From positions 160,001 through 224,000 of the IMG/VR virus record IMGVR_UViG_3300038443_002533: DNA of 64,000 bases; one strand, given 5' to 3'. The position numbers were made by a program, and so were the translations under genes. The DNA comes from a virus (Duplodnaviria; Caudoviricetes). Shown here in pieces: positions 16,163 to 26,066 of this stretch. The notes under the pieces were generated by a model. That model did no database searches. It had not been told where the DNA came from and saw nothing but the letters and a program-made list of their open reading frames with translations. Each line of letters opens with the position of its first letter. Position 1 is the first letter of the stretch.

Positions 16163-16350
16163 TGATTCGTGAGTACACGGTCGTGAAAGATCACGATCTT
16201 GAAAATTTTGTCAAGGAAGTCAACCGCTTGATCCAGGTGGGTTGGCAGCCGCTGGGGAGTATGTCGGTTACGTCGTACGAGGTCCGTGATATTTTCACCC
16301 CGTCCAATTCCGCGATCGAAATGATGCACATGCAGGCCATGGTGAAGTAA
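16162..16350 (+). CDS. DUF1737-like small protein
   Basis: YTVV...VNRLIQVGWQPLG...QAMVK. Confidence 0.8.
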   Translation: MIREYTVVKDHDLENFVKEVNRLIQVGWQPLGSMSVTSYEVRDIFTPSNSAIEMMHMQAMVK

Positions 16351-16520
16351 TGGTCACGTTCAAAATCATCGAAGGGATTAGCGCGGTGGTCCTGGAGCGG
16401 CTGGTGAACGCGAAATTGAATATGGGCTGGAAGCTCCACGGAGGCGTGGTGGTACAAAACGATAAGTTTTACCAAGCCCTCACCATCACCCACCGTAAAA
16501 CTGTCAAAATCCCCAAGTAA
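16350..16520 (+). CDS. DUF1737-like small protein (56 aa, not in ORF track)
   Basis: MVTFKIIEG...LVNAKLNMGWKLHGG...FYQAL; TAATG-coupled. Confidence 0.75.
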   Translation: MVTFKIIEGISAVVLERLVNAKLNMGWKLHGGVVVQNDKFYQALTITHRKTVKIPK

Positions 16521-16533
16521 ACGGAGATCAACT

Positions 16534-16803
16534 ATGTCACCAGGATCAAATGAATTGAATCAACTCGATATCGCCAATCGCTGCACGCTAGTCGCAGCCA
16601 AGTTGGTCGACGAGTTGTTTGCAGGGCGTGACCCGCGTATGCCCGCGGCGCTGAACAAGAATGAGCTGATGACGGTGCTGAAAGTGGCCGCCCTCAATGG
16701 CTATGAGTTAGGCCTGAATGACGGATTCGCGACATCGGACCAGACGTTGAATCAGTCGTTCTTCCAACGCTTATTCGGCGCCTTCGCTAAACAAAAAGGT
16801 TAA
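16534..16803 (+). CDS. hypothetical phage protein
   Basis: GGAG RBS. Confidence 0.75.
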   Translation: MSPGSNELNQLDIANRCTLVAAKLVDELFAGRDPRMPAALNKNELMTVLKVAALNGYELGLNDGFATSDQTLNQSFFQRLFGAFAKQKG

Positions 16804-16805
16804 CA

Positions 16806-17267
16806 ATGAGCGCAGAAGTCCAGGATGATTTGGATAGCCGTGTTAGCGACTACATGGTTGTAACCGAATACGATCGAGATCGTCTCAACAAAGAAGTTAA
16901 TTCCCTGGTTCAGAAGGGATGGCAACCGTTGGGCGGAATTAGCGTGTCGCCTTATGTGTACACGCAAGGTGGCGAGACCTGTCACGATACGTGCTTCGCT
17001 CAAGCGATGGTGAAAACGCTGTTTACCAAATATACCGAATCAATGAAGTCCCGAGTGGACGCATTGTACCGGCTTATTGCATTAGCGGACCAGCTGAACG
17101 AAAGCGAAATCAACAGCTTGGATCTCAGCTTACGTGATCATCTGGTACAGCATTATCTTCGCGCCGGAGTATCGGCAAGAGAACTGGCGCCACGCTTTGG
17201 TTTAACCGAGGGCCGGATATCGCAGATTAGGAAAAGTGGGCATTTGAAAAGGGAGAAACATGGCTAA
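16806..17267 (+). CDS. DUF1737-like domain fused to a C-terminal helix-turn-helix
   Basis: VNSLVQKGWQPLGG...AQAMVK plus GVSARELAPRFGLTEGRISQIRK. Confidence 0.75.
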   Translation: MSAEVQDDLDSRVSDYMVVTEYDRDRLNKEVNSLVQKGWQPLGGISVSPYVYTQGGETCHDTCFAQAMVKTLFTKYTESMKSRVDALYRLIALADQLNESEINSLDLSLRDHLVQHYLRAGVSARELAPRFGLTEGRISQIRKSGHLKREKHG

Positions 17268-17586
17268 GAAAGAAGTGGGTCCGGGCGTGGTGTGCCGGAT
17301 CATCGGTTCTTCGGTAGGACCGAAAGGCAGTTCGATCGGGAAAATCGTGCGGGTGCTGGGGTTGACTGATCCGCCTATCCACGCGCTGTGGGGAGATATG
17401 TGGGACGTAGAAGCGATCGATGGCTCGATGTTCGAAGTCAAGATCACTTCGCCGGACTTGACCACAACGCACATCCAACAAAGCCGTGGTTGCGTATGTG
17501 CTACGGACTGGCTCGATCCGCTCGATGAAGATCCGACGGCACCGAAAGCCGACGCGACGGAACGCGAACGTGATCTGGTGAACTGA
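17260..17586 (+). CDS. hypothetical phage protein
   Basis: GGGAG RBS. Confidence 0.8.
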   Translation: MAKKEVGPGVVCRIIGSSVGPKGSSIGKIVRVLGLTDPPIHALWGDMWDVEAIDGSMFEVKITSPDLTTTHIQQSRGCVCATDWLDPLDEDPTAPKADATERERDLVN

Positions 17587-17771
17587 TGCGTCGAATGCCG
17601 ATGCCGCGCTTCGTACCGCAGGGGGATGAGTTTCCCCCTCCAACGGGGTATTGTCACAGCAGTATGTGGACGGCGCGCTTTACCTGGCTCGATCCTGTCC
17701 ATACAACCAACCAGTTAGACGACCAAGACCCAACAACAAAAACGAGATGTCAACCAGGGCCATCCGCGTAA
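17586..17771 (+). CDS. hypothetical phage protein
   Basis: TGATG-coupled; shares WLDP with the upstream gene. Confidence 0.55.
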   Translation: MRRMPMPRFVPQGDEFPPPTGYCHSSMWTARFTWLDPVHTTNQLDDQDPTTKTRCQPGPSA

Positions 17772-17826
17772 AGGTGAGACGTTGCACGATATCGCCTATC
17801 GATAACTGAGCTTTTTAAAGGAGGCG

Positions 17827-18291
17827 ATGATGCCACTACCTGTCGTCGAACAGCACCACCAAAGCATCTTGATGGATCTGGTCATGATCCTGCGAGAGCA
17901 ACCCTGTGAACTCGGGTTGCTCAAGGTAGTGAATGAACCGTTTTTGATACCGACTTGGGCATCAATGGCCTCGCCCCGCCACGCTTCGGTGGAACGGGAT
18001 TATCGCCGCTACATGCTGTATGGGTGCGACATCGTCCTCCAGCCCATCATCGATTCGATTGGGGTGAAAGAAGTCGTTGAGTTCCTCCGTTCACGGCGTG
18101 TCTCGCTCAGTCCGCTGGAAGACAACTTCGATTTCCATGTGCATTTCTTTCATGACCATGGTCGGTTGTCGTTCAGCGACGAGTTCATCACGTATCACTA
18201 CGTTCCCGATCAACGGGAGAAAGTATCCAACCGCGTAGCGGAAGTCGTCGCCCAGTTTCTGTTGTTTGGTCGAGTCCCCATGATTACATAA
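17827..18291 (+). CDS. hypothetical phage protein
   Basis: AAGGAGG RBS. Confidence 0.8.
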   Translation: MMPLPVVEQHHQSILMDLVMILREQPCELGLLKVVNEPFLIPTWASMASPRHASVERDYRRYMLYGCDIVLQPIIDSIGVKEVVEFLRSRRVSLSPLEDNFDFHVHFFHDHGRLSFSDEFITYHYVPDQREKVSNRVAEVVAQFLLFGRVPMIT

Positions 18292-18307
18292 AAAGAAAGG
18301 TATTGCT

Positions 18308-18679
18308 GTGGTAACTGTCCGTAAAGCTCCGTTGATGAAAGTGCGCGCTGGAGATTCCAGCCTCCAAACTTCCTTCAAAACCACCGCCACCATTCCCGCC
18401 ACCTTAGCGGCGTTGCGCGAGTACATGCAAAAGCATGCTGGCGATAAGCCGTTCAGTGAAAACGAACTGCATTCGCTGCGGTTCCGTCACCGCACCTGCG
18501 GTCAACAGGAAAACGATCAACGCGTCGAAGACGTGGAACACTGGCGCGGTCCGTGGTGGGTGATGTATGTCACCGATGAACACCGCCGTGAAGGCGAACG
18601 GGTCGCCAAGATTACCAAAAAGAAACCCACTTACCGCCAAACCATCTTCGGGGTGTGTGACCGATTCCCGATCGGTTAA
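18308..18679 (+). CDS. hypothetical phage protein
   Basis: GTG start after AAAGG. Confidence 0.75.
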   Translation: MVTVRKAPLMKVRAGDSSLQTSFKTTATIPATLAALREYMQKHAGDKPFSENELHSLRFRHRTCGQQENDQRVEDVEHWRGPWWVMYVTDEHRREGERVAKITKKKPTYRQTIFGVCDRFPIG

Positions 18680-18716
18680 GCGTAACCACTACAATTAAGA
18701 ATAAGGAAACTAGGAT

Positions 18717-19826
18717 ATGCAACTGAACCACGCCAACCTGCGCGACATTTCGTCCACCCCCTGGTTCGATATGGCGCCCCATCTGCACCGAGAAATCCAA
18801 ACCCTCGACGGACTCAACCGGATCCGAGAACTGCGCCGCAATTACCAATGTAGCGCGTTGCCACGTTTACAATCTCACATACTCGGCGGCCGCTGGCAGG
18901 TCGAGGGCGGGAATTACATGCGCTTCGAACTCAAAGTCCATGGCCAACCGTTCCCGACAGAAGTGAAGGAGTTGTGGGAAAAGATCAAATTCAACAACAC
19001 GGCCCACACCGAATACGAGTTTTATGACTTCTTCCGTCGTTTTCGGCACGATGATCAAACCTGGGCATGGCAACGTAGCATGGGTGGCGGTTACACGATG
19101 CCGTTGGCGGATGTACCCTGCATTCACTGCGGTCAGAAGTGGACCGTAGAAACGTCGCACGACTGTCGTATTCATGAAGCCGGCCGTTTCAACGAAGTCG
19201 AGTATCCGGCCACGCCCGATCTGGTGGGGAAGAAGTTGGCGGAAGTGCGTGAGATCGTCACCCGCACGCCGTCCAACGACGCGAAGCTGACGATGTACAA
19301 ATCGACGGTACTCCGTAGTGATCGCTTCATCGATACCACGCTCGTCGAAAATGAATTTTCCAAAGAAATGGAAGTTCGTAACGCTCAAGGGTATGCTACG
19401 GCCGACTCGTATTACGCTGGCCGAGCAGAATTGGTCGACTGGGATCAGTACGTGGTGCAGGAAGGCGACGTGTTGATCTTCTCGAAAGTTCAGTACATTC
19501 ATCCGGCTTGCGAGGTGGAACGCGTTACCGAAAAAGTCCGTGAAAGTTTGGCCGATGCGTTGACGCAAGCGGGTGTGAAAATTCACGGTAGTGTGCGTAT
19601 CCCGAACGGCTACACCGAAGCGATGTATTCGGGCGCGTGGTTCATTTTCGAAACCAATCTCGGGATGTTCCGTATCGGCTGGCGCCGCCATGTGATCTCC
19701 GTGTTGCGGGTGCAATACGGCGAGACGTCCTACGACGCCACCACGTTTGTCAAGGTACCCGGTTCGCATGACCAGCATTTCGATAGTTACAAAGAACTGA
19801 CCGAGCATTTCAAAACGCTCAAATAG
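18717..19826 (+). CDS. hypothetical phage protein
   Basis: 369-aa ORF, CIHC motif; terminator at ~19836-19860. Confidence 0.85.
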   Translation: MQLNHANLRDISSTPWFDMAPHLHREIQTLDGLNRIRELRRNYQCSALPRLQSHILGGRWQVEGGNYMRFELKVHGQPFPTEVKELWEKIKFNNTAHTEYEFYDFFRRFRHDDQTWAWQRSMGGGYTMPLADVPCIHCGQKWTVETSHDCRIHEAGRFNEVEYPATPDLVGKKLAEVREIVTRTPSNDAKLTMYKSTVLRSDRFIDTTLVENEFSKEMEVRNAQGYATADSYYAGRAELVDWDQYVVQEGDVLIFSKVQYIHPACEVERVTEKVRESLADALTQAGVKIHGSVRIPNGYTEAMYSGAWFIFETNLGMFRIGWRRHVISVLRVQYGETSYDATTFVKVPGSHDQHFDSYKELTEHFKTLK

Positions 19827-19889
19827 ACGGCATAACGGGAGAGCCTACGGGCTCTCCTATTTTTATGTCTCTTTCTTTTTTGGTTTGCT

Positions 19890-20156
19890 ATGACTGCTGA
19901 TGAAGAACTTAAACGGGTGATGGGGCGGATTCGAGCATGGCATAAGAACGAACTCACGCGTTACGCGATGGAGTTGCCAGACTACGAATATGAAATCACC
20001 AAGAAACGTTTCGATGCTTTTTTGAATCGTGCTCGTCGGCATCATCGCGCTCAGGCATTAACCGAGCTGCGGGACATGTTAGGCGAGATTACCTATTTCA
20101 TTTTACCGTGGGAAGCCATTGCCTGGTATGCCCGTCAGAAGAAAAAGACTATGTGA
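19890..20156 (+). CDS. hypothetical phage protein
   Basis: 88-aa ORF between a terminator and a promoter. Confidence 0.65.
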   Translation: MTADEELKRVMGRIRAWHKNELTRYAMELPDYEYEITKKRFDAFLNRARRHHRAQALTELRDMLGEITYFILPWEAIAWYARQKKKTM

Positions 20157-20202
20157 AAATATTGGTTGGCGCTATACGTATAGAAAACACTGGCCCTAGC
20201 GA

Positions 20203-20220
20203 TTTTGAGAGCTATATTAC
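20203..20220 (+). promoter_or_regulatory. phiKZ-type early promoter (TTTTGAGAGC-TATATTAC)
   Basis: Exact TATATTAC core ~32 nt upstream of ATG 20253. Confidence 0.7.
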
Positions 20221-20252
20221 TAGATTGATCGCCCACCCATAAAGGATACCCC

Positions 20253-21005
20253 ATGGCCACCCCAAGCCAACATTTCGAGCTGATTCAAAGCAACGTTTTC
20301 CAAGACATCGCTAAATTGATACCGTCCAGTATCGATACCACGGTGGCCATCAACCGCGATAAACCGCACCACATCGCGTGGCAGTTCACCATGACGCAAG
20401 ATGGCCTCTCGATTCTACGCACCATCACGGTCTCGGAAATTGATCTGAACGACAACTTCACGGTGACGATGGAAGAAGCGTTGAAAGAACCGCACTTCGT
20501 CACCAACACCGATACCTGGACGTATAACGCCGAGCAATTCGACAACATGCAGTACATGTACACCCGGATGCTGAGCTTCGTCTGCGGCCTGATCAAATCG
20601 GAACGGTTTCCCACACCCGAGAACATCGCGAACCTGAGCGAGATCAATCGCTGGTCGGGCAGCTTCCGCGCGACGCTGCACTATGTCAGCGACGAGTTCG
20701 GTGAGTGGTGGAAGATTCGGTTGTTCGATCCGAAAACTCAAGAGATCTACGTCGAGAACCTGCCAACGACCATCGACGGCGCCACGTGCAGCACGATGTA
20801 CCATCTCTACAATACAGCCTTCGAAAAAGGTCGCATTCACGGGATCAACGTCCTGGCTGAACGAATGGCGTCTGAAGAAGCGGGGCGGGCGCTCAACGCG
20901 TCATTGCTACGCGACTACGACATCCGGCCGGCACTGCGTGAATTCGTTCACTGCGGCAATCTCGAACACGCGGTACTGTCCACCCAAAAGTCGAAAAAGA
21001 AATGA
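20253..21005 (+). CDS. hypothetical phage protein
   Basis: AAAGGA RBS. Confidence 0.85.
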   Translation: MATPSQHFELIQSNVFQDIAKLIPSSIDTTVAINRDKPHHIAWQFTMTQDGLSILRTITVSEIDLNDNFTVTMEEALKEPHFVTNTDTWTYNAEQFDNMQYMYTRMLSFVCGLIKSERFPTPENIANLSEINRWSGSFRATLHYVSDEFGEWWKIRLFDPKTQEIYVENLPTTIDGATCSTMYHLYNTAFEKGRIHGINVLAERMASEEAGRALNASLLRDYDIRPALREFVHCGNLEHAVLSTQKSKKK

Positions 21006-21466
21006 GCGATAAGAAACTGGAATGGCGGGAAGTGGTCCTGGCTTCCCTGAATGCATTCGAGAGCGATGTTTGCCCCGAACACGTGATGCAGGAAGCCATC
21101 AACGAACTCCGTACCCGCCAGAACAACCGTCCACTGCGCGGTGAACGCCAACCGCCGGCGCCGCGTCGCCGACTGTCTGAAACCAGTCTCGATTACTGTC
21201 GGCGTTACAGTGGCGTAAATCCCGACGAGGTCTCGCACTTGATCGACGTGAACAGTTTACGCCTCGTCAACGGCATGCTCCTCGGGAACTTCATCCCCCA
21301 TGGCCCTCACGCCGAGCACGCCCAGCAAGTCACCGGTAATGGCCTCGGTCAGTTCGGCATGCGTGTGTCGGTGCGTTACAAAGAAGGCAACACCACCCAA
21401 ACCCAAAACCGCACGGTCGAATGGTGCGACATCATTACCTTCGACCTTGTTCTCAACCATAACTAA
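21002..21466 (+). CDS. hypothetical phage protein
   Basis: ATGA-coupled. Confidence 0.75.
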   Translation: MSDKKLEWREVVLASLNAFESDVCPEHVMQEAINELRTRQNNRPLRGERQPPAPRRRLSETSLDYCRRYSGVNPDEVSHLIDVNSLRLVNGMLLGNFIPHGPHAEHAQQVTGNGLGQFGMRVSVRYKEGNTTQTQNRTVEWCDIITFDLVLNHN

Positions 21467-21477
21467 GAAAGCCATCT

Positions 21478-22245
21478 ATGCAACCCAACCAACTCCCGGG
21501 ACTCCTCAGCGACAAACAGATCAAAGAATTGTGCGCGCCACCCACATTCGCGGTACTTCGTTACGACGACCCTGAATGGGAATATAGCTGGAAAGACTCA
21601 CTCACGTTGGGGCGGCAAGTCAATACCAGCGGTATCAAGGAATTCCGCCATCTCACGAATGAAGAACGCGAGGCATTCAAGCCGATGATCAAGCCATTCT
21701 TCCCGCACCAAATCAAGACGCGCAACGTGGTTCACAGTGCGACCGACGACAGAGCAAGCGACCGCTACGAGACACAGAAGATCGTGTCATATGGCCTCAG
21801 CTCGGCCGGGTATGATGTTCGCCTGGGTCGAAAGTTTAAGATCTTTACCAACATCCGTTCGGCACTGATCGATCCCCTCAACATGTCGGATGACTGCTAT
21901 GTGAATCACGAAGGCGATGACGTTATCATCCCGCCACATAGCTACATTCTGGGCCATACGCCGGAAGTGTTCGATATCCCGCGGGATGTGATGGTGGTTT
22001 GCGTAGGTAAATCCACCTACGCTCGTGCCGGATGCGCGGTCAATGTAACACCCATCGAACCTGGGTTTAAAGGGCAAGTGGTGATCGAGATCGCCAACCA
22101 GACGCCGCTTCCCATGAAGGTGTACGCTGATATGGGAATCGCACAATTCCTTTTCTTTAAGATGAGCGGACCATGCGAAACGTCTTACGCTGACCGCGAC
22201 GGCAAGTATCAAGGTCAAACCGGTATCACGACCGCGCGAGTATAA
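21478..22245 (+). CDS. dcd: dCTP deaminase
   Basis: IVSYGLSSAGYDVRLG, GKSTYARAG, TPIEPGFKGQVVIEIAN, YADRDGKYQGQTGIT. Confidence 0.95.
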   Translation: MQPNQLPGLLSDKQIKELCAPPTFAVLRYDDPEWEYSWKDSLTLGRQVNTSGIKEFRHLTNEEREAFKPMIKPFFPHQIKTRNVVHSATDDRASDRYETQKIVSYGLSSAGYDVRLGRKFKIFTNIRSALIDPLNMSDDCYVNHEGDDVIIPPHSYILGHTPEVFDIPRDVMVVCVGKSTYARAGCAVNVTPIEPGFKGQVVIEIANQTPLPMKVYADMGIAQFLFFKMSGPCETSYADRDGKYQGQTGITTARV

Positions 22246-22333
22246 AGTCTGTTCCACCTAAAGTGTAAGAAAACCAGAGAGGCTCTCGCGGGCTTCTCTG
22301 TATCTTTATAACCAACAACACAGGGAATCAACC

Positions 22334-22630
22334 ATGAACGCTCAAACTTTCGTCCAAGCGCCCACTAACGAGGTGGAGAAAAAATCGCGGGAACTTGACG
22401 CGGTCTACCTCGCGAAGCTGCGCAGTTATGCCATTGGCGCAATGTCTTCGTCGTCGGCCGCTAAAGTGGTCTTGGAGTTGACGACGCTCTATCACAAAGC
22501 ACTTCAAGTGCTCGGTCAGAATAGTGACCTGGGGGCAATCAATGCCGCTGTCGGTAAAGTTGCTTATTACCAAATCTCCGACGAACTCAAAGTTCATTTC
22601 ACACCTCAGCCCATCGTGCCGAGAATCTAA
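22334..22630 (+). CDS. hypothetical phage protein
   Basis: CAA-rich leader with RBS. Confidence 0.75.
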   Translation: MNAQTFVQAPTNEVEKKSRELDAVYLAKLRSYAIGAMSSSSAAKVVLELTTLYHKALQVLGQNSDLGAINAAVGKVAYYQISDELKVHFTPQPIVPRI

Positions 22631-22632
22631 TT

Positions 22633-22926
22633 ATGAAACTCAAAAAAGGTACGCCGCTAGAGTTCATCACCGCCGTATTAAGCCGCCTCGGTGTCGTTAA
22701 CGAATACAAAGACTACCTGATGGAAGCGTATGAACTCTACGCCGAACAGCGGGATGCGGGTGTTCCGGACAATGAGATCATGGCTCGATTTATCGCAATC
22801 AAGGAGAACGATCCGAAATTTGATAAAACCAAAGAAGCGGTAATGGACTTCCTCAAGAAAAGGCGAGAAGCGAATCAATTTGCCGCTAAAGTCCTGAAAG
22901 AGATTGCCGATAAGGGAAAGAAATAA
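22633..22926 (+). CDS. hypothetical phage protein
   Basis: Tiles the operon. Confidence 0.75.
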   Translation: MKLKKGTPLEFITAVLSRLGVVNEYKDYLMEAYELYAEQRDAGVPDNEIMARFIAIKENDPKFDKTKEAVMDFLKKRREANQFAAKVLKEIADKGKK

Positions 22927-22947
22927 CTAACAATAAAGGATATCACC

Positions 22948-23556
22948 ATGAAAAGCAACGAAATTAGCGCAATGGAAGATCCGGACTATAGCCGCTCGAC
23001 GGAAGGCACTTTCTGGGCCAAAGAAGCAGCGGAAGGAAAGAAACAAACCACGGATCATTTCCGCCACGAAGCTTACTGCGCCGCGGTGGGTGGCGGCGAC
23101 AACGACGATTACTGTAAATGTAGCCGCACCCATATCCGGAAAGAAAACAAACGGCTGGGTCTCCCTACGTCGCTGCCAGATAACACTTGGCGCAAGGCGA
23201 GTACATTGAGTGGTTCGGGCGATCCATACGCTAATGTCTTTCAAATCTACGACAACGTGGATTCGATGGATGCATTGCGAGCCGTCTTTCCAGATGGTGA
23301 AGCCAATCCTGAGGACTGGGTGTTATTTTCGACAAGCGGCACCCATGGCACATATGCCACAATCGAAGACGTCGAAGCTGAAGTCAACGAGAACGGGTTT
23401 AGCTTCGATGGCCTGACGTTCATCATTATCCACCCACGATCCATCTGCATGAAGTATGGCCGGGCGTATCCGGAAACCTCAGACGACTTCGCGTTCTTGA
23501 AACGATTGCGCGAAAGTTCCATTAAAGCCGTATCGGAAATCGGTTACCACAAATGA
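22948..23556 (+). CDS. hypothetical phage protein
   Basis: AAAGGATATCACC leader. Confidence 0.85.
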   Translation: MKSNEISAMEDPDYSRSTEGTFWAKEAAEGKKQTTDHFRHEAYCAAVGGGDNDDYCKCSRTHIRKENKRLGLPTSLPDNTWRKASTLSGSGDPYANVFQIYDNVDSMDALRAVFPDGEANPEDWVLFSTSGTHGTYATIEDVEAEVNENGFSFDGLTFIIIHPRSICMKYGRAYPETSDDFAFLKRLRESSIKAVSEIGYHK

Positions 23557-23909
23557 TCTCACTTAACGACGACTCCGTCAAAGGACGGATCCGGGAGGGT
23601 GCGCTGTGCGGGCTTAGCTATGAACAATTTTACTGGCCGCATGTACCCGAGCATTTACGTCAAGACAACTTCTCAGCCGACAGAGTTTTTGCAATAACCT
23701 CTTTATCGCTTGGTTGCTCGTGCTGGGCAGACGGTTATGGTGGCGGCACCTTTGGTCGTCCAGGCAAATACGGCAATGGCGCCATTCTGGTGTATAACCA
23801 ACGTGACATTATCGAGGTGAAAGATGAGCAAAATCAAGTACACGGTACTGCCGCCCCAAGCAACCCCGAAGGGATTGACAGCGCATCGTCGCCCACCCAA
23901 CCTGGGTGA
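23553..23909 (+). CDS. hypothetical phage protein
   Basis: ATGA-coupled; 3' end overlaps the next gene by 86 nt. Confidence 0.65.
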   Translation: MISLNDDSVKGRIREGALCGLSYEQFYWPHVPEHLRQDNFSADRVFAITSLSLGCSCWADGYGGGTFGRPGKYGNGAILVYNQRDIIEVKDEQNQVHGTAAPSNPEGIDSASSPTQPG

Positions 23910-24594
23910 GCATCAACTCGCCTTCCTGAACTCGAATAATCGCTACGGTTTCCAGGTGGATGAAATCCCTGAGGAACCGATCGTGGACGAGATGGCGGCA
24001 TTGTTCTTAACCGTGTTGTACAACCTACCCAAACTCTCCCGTTTCGAGCGACAGCAAGAGATGGCTAAACACCATCGCAAGATGTTGAGCGCGGGCTACG
24101 CCATGCAGGGTGGTGTCTACGTGAAAGTGAAGACGCTCACAGAAGAAGATTACGCGCGCGCTCGTCAAGCCAAGCACGGACTCATTAAGAGAAATCAACT
24201 CCAACAGATGCTGGTTCGCCCCAGTGTGCTGCAAGAGTTTGAAGCAGCGAAGCGTGACCCGCGCTGGCAACAGCCGTGGAACCATGCCGAGTACCACGAG
24301 GCGCTGTCGCGGAAGCATATCTATGCTACCCGTACCTTTGAACCGACTGCGGCGAAACTGCATGCCAAGGAGCATCAAACTCGCCTGGACAAACTGTTGG
24401 ATGAACTGGATCAACAGAGCAACATCAAGAATCCGATTCTCCGCCGGCTCGTCAGTCTGGAAAAAGCGGCATGCGTGTTGGCGTCTAACGAATTCGTCGC
24501 TACGTTTGATATCGATGAGTTCTTGAATGCGCCGATCACCCCTAAATCAGAACCAACAGGACACCACCGTATCAATCCCTATCTCGATAACTAA
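23824..24594 (+). CDS. hypothetical phage protein
   Basis: GAGGTG RBS. Confidence 0.8.
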   Translation: MSKIKYTVLPPQATPKGLTAHRRPPNLGEHQLAFLNSNNRYGFQVDEIPEEPIVDEMAALFLTVLYNLPKLSRFERQQEMAKHHRKMLSAGYAMQGGVYVKVKTLTEEDYARARQAKHGLIKRNQLQQMLVRPSVLQEFEAAKRDPRWQQPWNHAEYHEALSRKHIYATRTFEPTAAKLHAKEHQTRLDKLLDELDQQSNIKNPILRRLVSLEKAACVLASNEFVATFDIDEFLNAPITPKSEPTGHHRINPYLDN

Positions 24595-24612
24595 CAACAA
24601 AAGGAAATTATC

Positions 24613-25482
24613 ATGAACGCTCGACCCGTATGCAGCAAAGAATGGTTACTTGAGTTATGCGCTCAAGTGGCCGATCGCCCAGAGATCGCCCACCTCCACG
24701 ATAAAGACCATTACGAGGAAGGACTCAAGGTCATTGCCGTGGGTGATCTCGACCTCGATGAGACTTATCCCGATGTCTATGGCCTCCCGGACAAATTCCG
24801 GGTACTGTTTCCAGACACGTACCTAAAGCTCCAGTTCGTCTGGCAGAACCTGGTCGAGCTGCGTGACCGGCACCAGTTCTACGATGCCCCACACAGTCGA
24901 CTGATCCGCGCTATCGACGGTGTGCCTTTGTCGGGTCTGGTCTTTGAATTTCGGCCAGATAAATACGACATCAAACGTTGGGAGGAACGCACTAAATTCT
25001 TCCATGACATCATCGACGAGGCTGAAGCACGCATCGCGATTATGCAACCTGACCAACCGATCAAGCTCAAGCGCTTCCCGTTCGCATTCGGTGACTGGAT
25101 GCAAGTGGTGCAGACCGAGGACGGCACTAAATCGGTGTTGGTATCGACCGGAGGTAGCTTGGGCGGCGACATGGGAACATGGGCAGAATTTATCATGGTT
25201 AACCCTGATCCAGCGACACCTGATCAACCTTATCCGTTCGATGAAAAGAAAAGCTATTTTCACGACGACCGAGAACATACGGTCGGCGTCAACTACACCT
25301 GGCTCGCTGGCCCGATCTTGGCCGATTGGTTTGCCAGTGGCGTCGTGCATAATCGCGATGCTGTCGAGCTGATGGATTCGTACATCAACGATGGTGAATT
25401 CAAGGCTGGCCCTCGGAGCGAAACGATGGCACAAATTCGTGAACGCTTCGATCAAGAACATCCGCCTGAGGATGACGAGTAA
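24613..25482 (+). CDS. hypothetical phage protein
   Basis: CAA-rich leader, AAGGA RBS. Confidence 0.85.
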   Translation: MNARPVCSKEWLLELCAQVADRPEIAHLHDKDHYEEGLKVIAVGDLDLDETYPDVYGLPDKFRVLFPDTYLKLQFVWQNLVELRDRHQFYDAPHSRLIRAIDGVPLSGLVFEFRPDKYDIKRWEERTKFFHDIIDEAEARIAIMQPDQPIKLKRFPFAFGDWMQVVQTEDGTKSVLVSTGGSLGGDMGTWAEFIMVNPDPATPDQPYPFDEKKSYFHDDREHTVGVNYTWLAGPILADWFASGVVHNRDAVELMDSYINDGEFKAGPRSETMAQIRERFDQEHPPEDDE

Positions 25483-25503
25483 CCTACAACAAGAGAGGAT
25501 ATC

Positions 25504-25767
25504 ATGGCAAAAGATCAAGGACCGAAATCATTCATCGATCAGCAACGTGCTATCCATGAAGCAACGATCGCTGGGTTGATGGCGGATGGCCGTTTCTCTC
25601 AACCATTATGCGACAAACTCGATCAACTCTCCAAAGAACTGTACGAGATCGCGGTCTATCAATTCGAGTATGGTGAACCCGACGAGTATCATAAGTGCGC
25701 CGGCGCCATGAATTCACTCATGGGGGTGGTCACTGAGTTGTTGAACCAGGCTAACGGCAAAAAATAA
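25504..25767 (+). CDS. small helical protein, tandem paralog 1
   Basis: DGRFSQPLCDKLDQLSKELYEIAVYQFEYGEPD. Confidence 0.85.
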   Translation: MAKDQGPKSFIDQQRAIHEATIAGLMADGRFSQPLCDKLDQLSKELYEIAVYQFEYGEPDEYHKCAGAMNSLMGVVTELLNQANGKK

Positions 25768-25784
25768 TTCATACGAGGGATATC

Positions 25785-26042
25785 ATGCCGAAACAACCCA
25801 ACACCTTCATCGAAGAGCAATACGCTGCCCACCAATCAGCGTTGGCGACGATGCGGAGAGACGGCCGTTTCACGGCGGCGTTGTGTGACCAGCTCGAACA
25901 GCTTTCGAACAAGATGTACGAAGTGGCTCTTTATCAATTCGCATACGGCGAACCGGATCAGTTTCAGAAATGCTCCGACTCCATGACCACGTTCATTGAA
26001 ATGCTCAGCGAGATTCTCGATCAAGCCAATAGCAAAAAATAA
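25785..26042 (+). CDS. small helical protein, tandem paralog 2
   Basis: DGRFTAALCDQLEQLSNKMYEVALYQFAYGEPD. Confidence 0.85.
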   Translation: MPKQPNTFIEEQYAAHQSALATMRRDGRFTAALCDQLEQLSNKMYEVALYQFAYGEPDQFQKCSDSMTTFIEMLSEILDQANSKK

Positions 26043-26066
26043 CCAACAAAAGGAAAGGAATAACAA

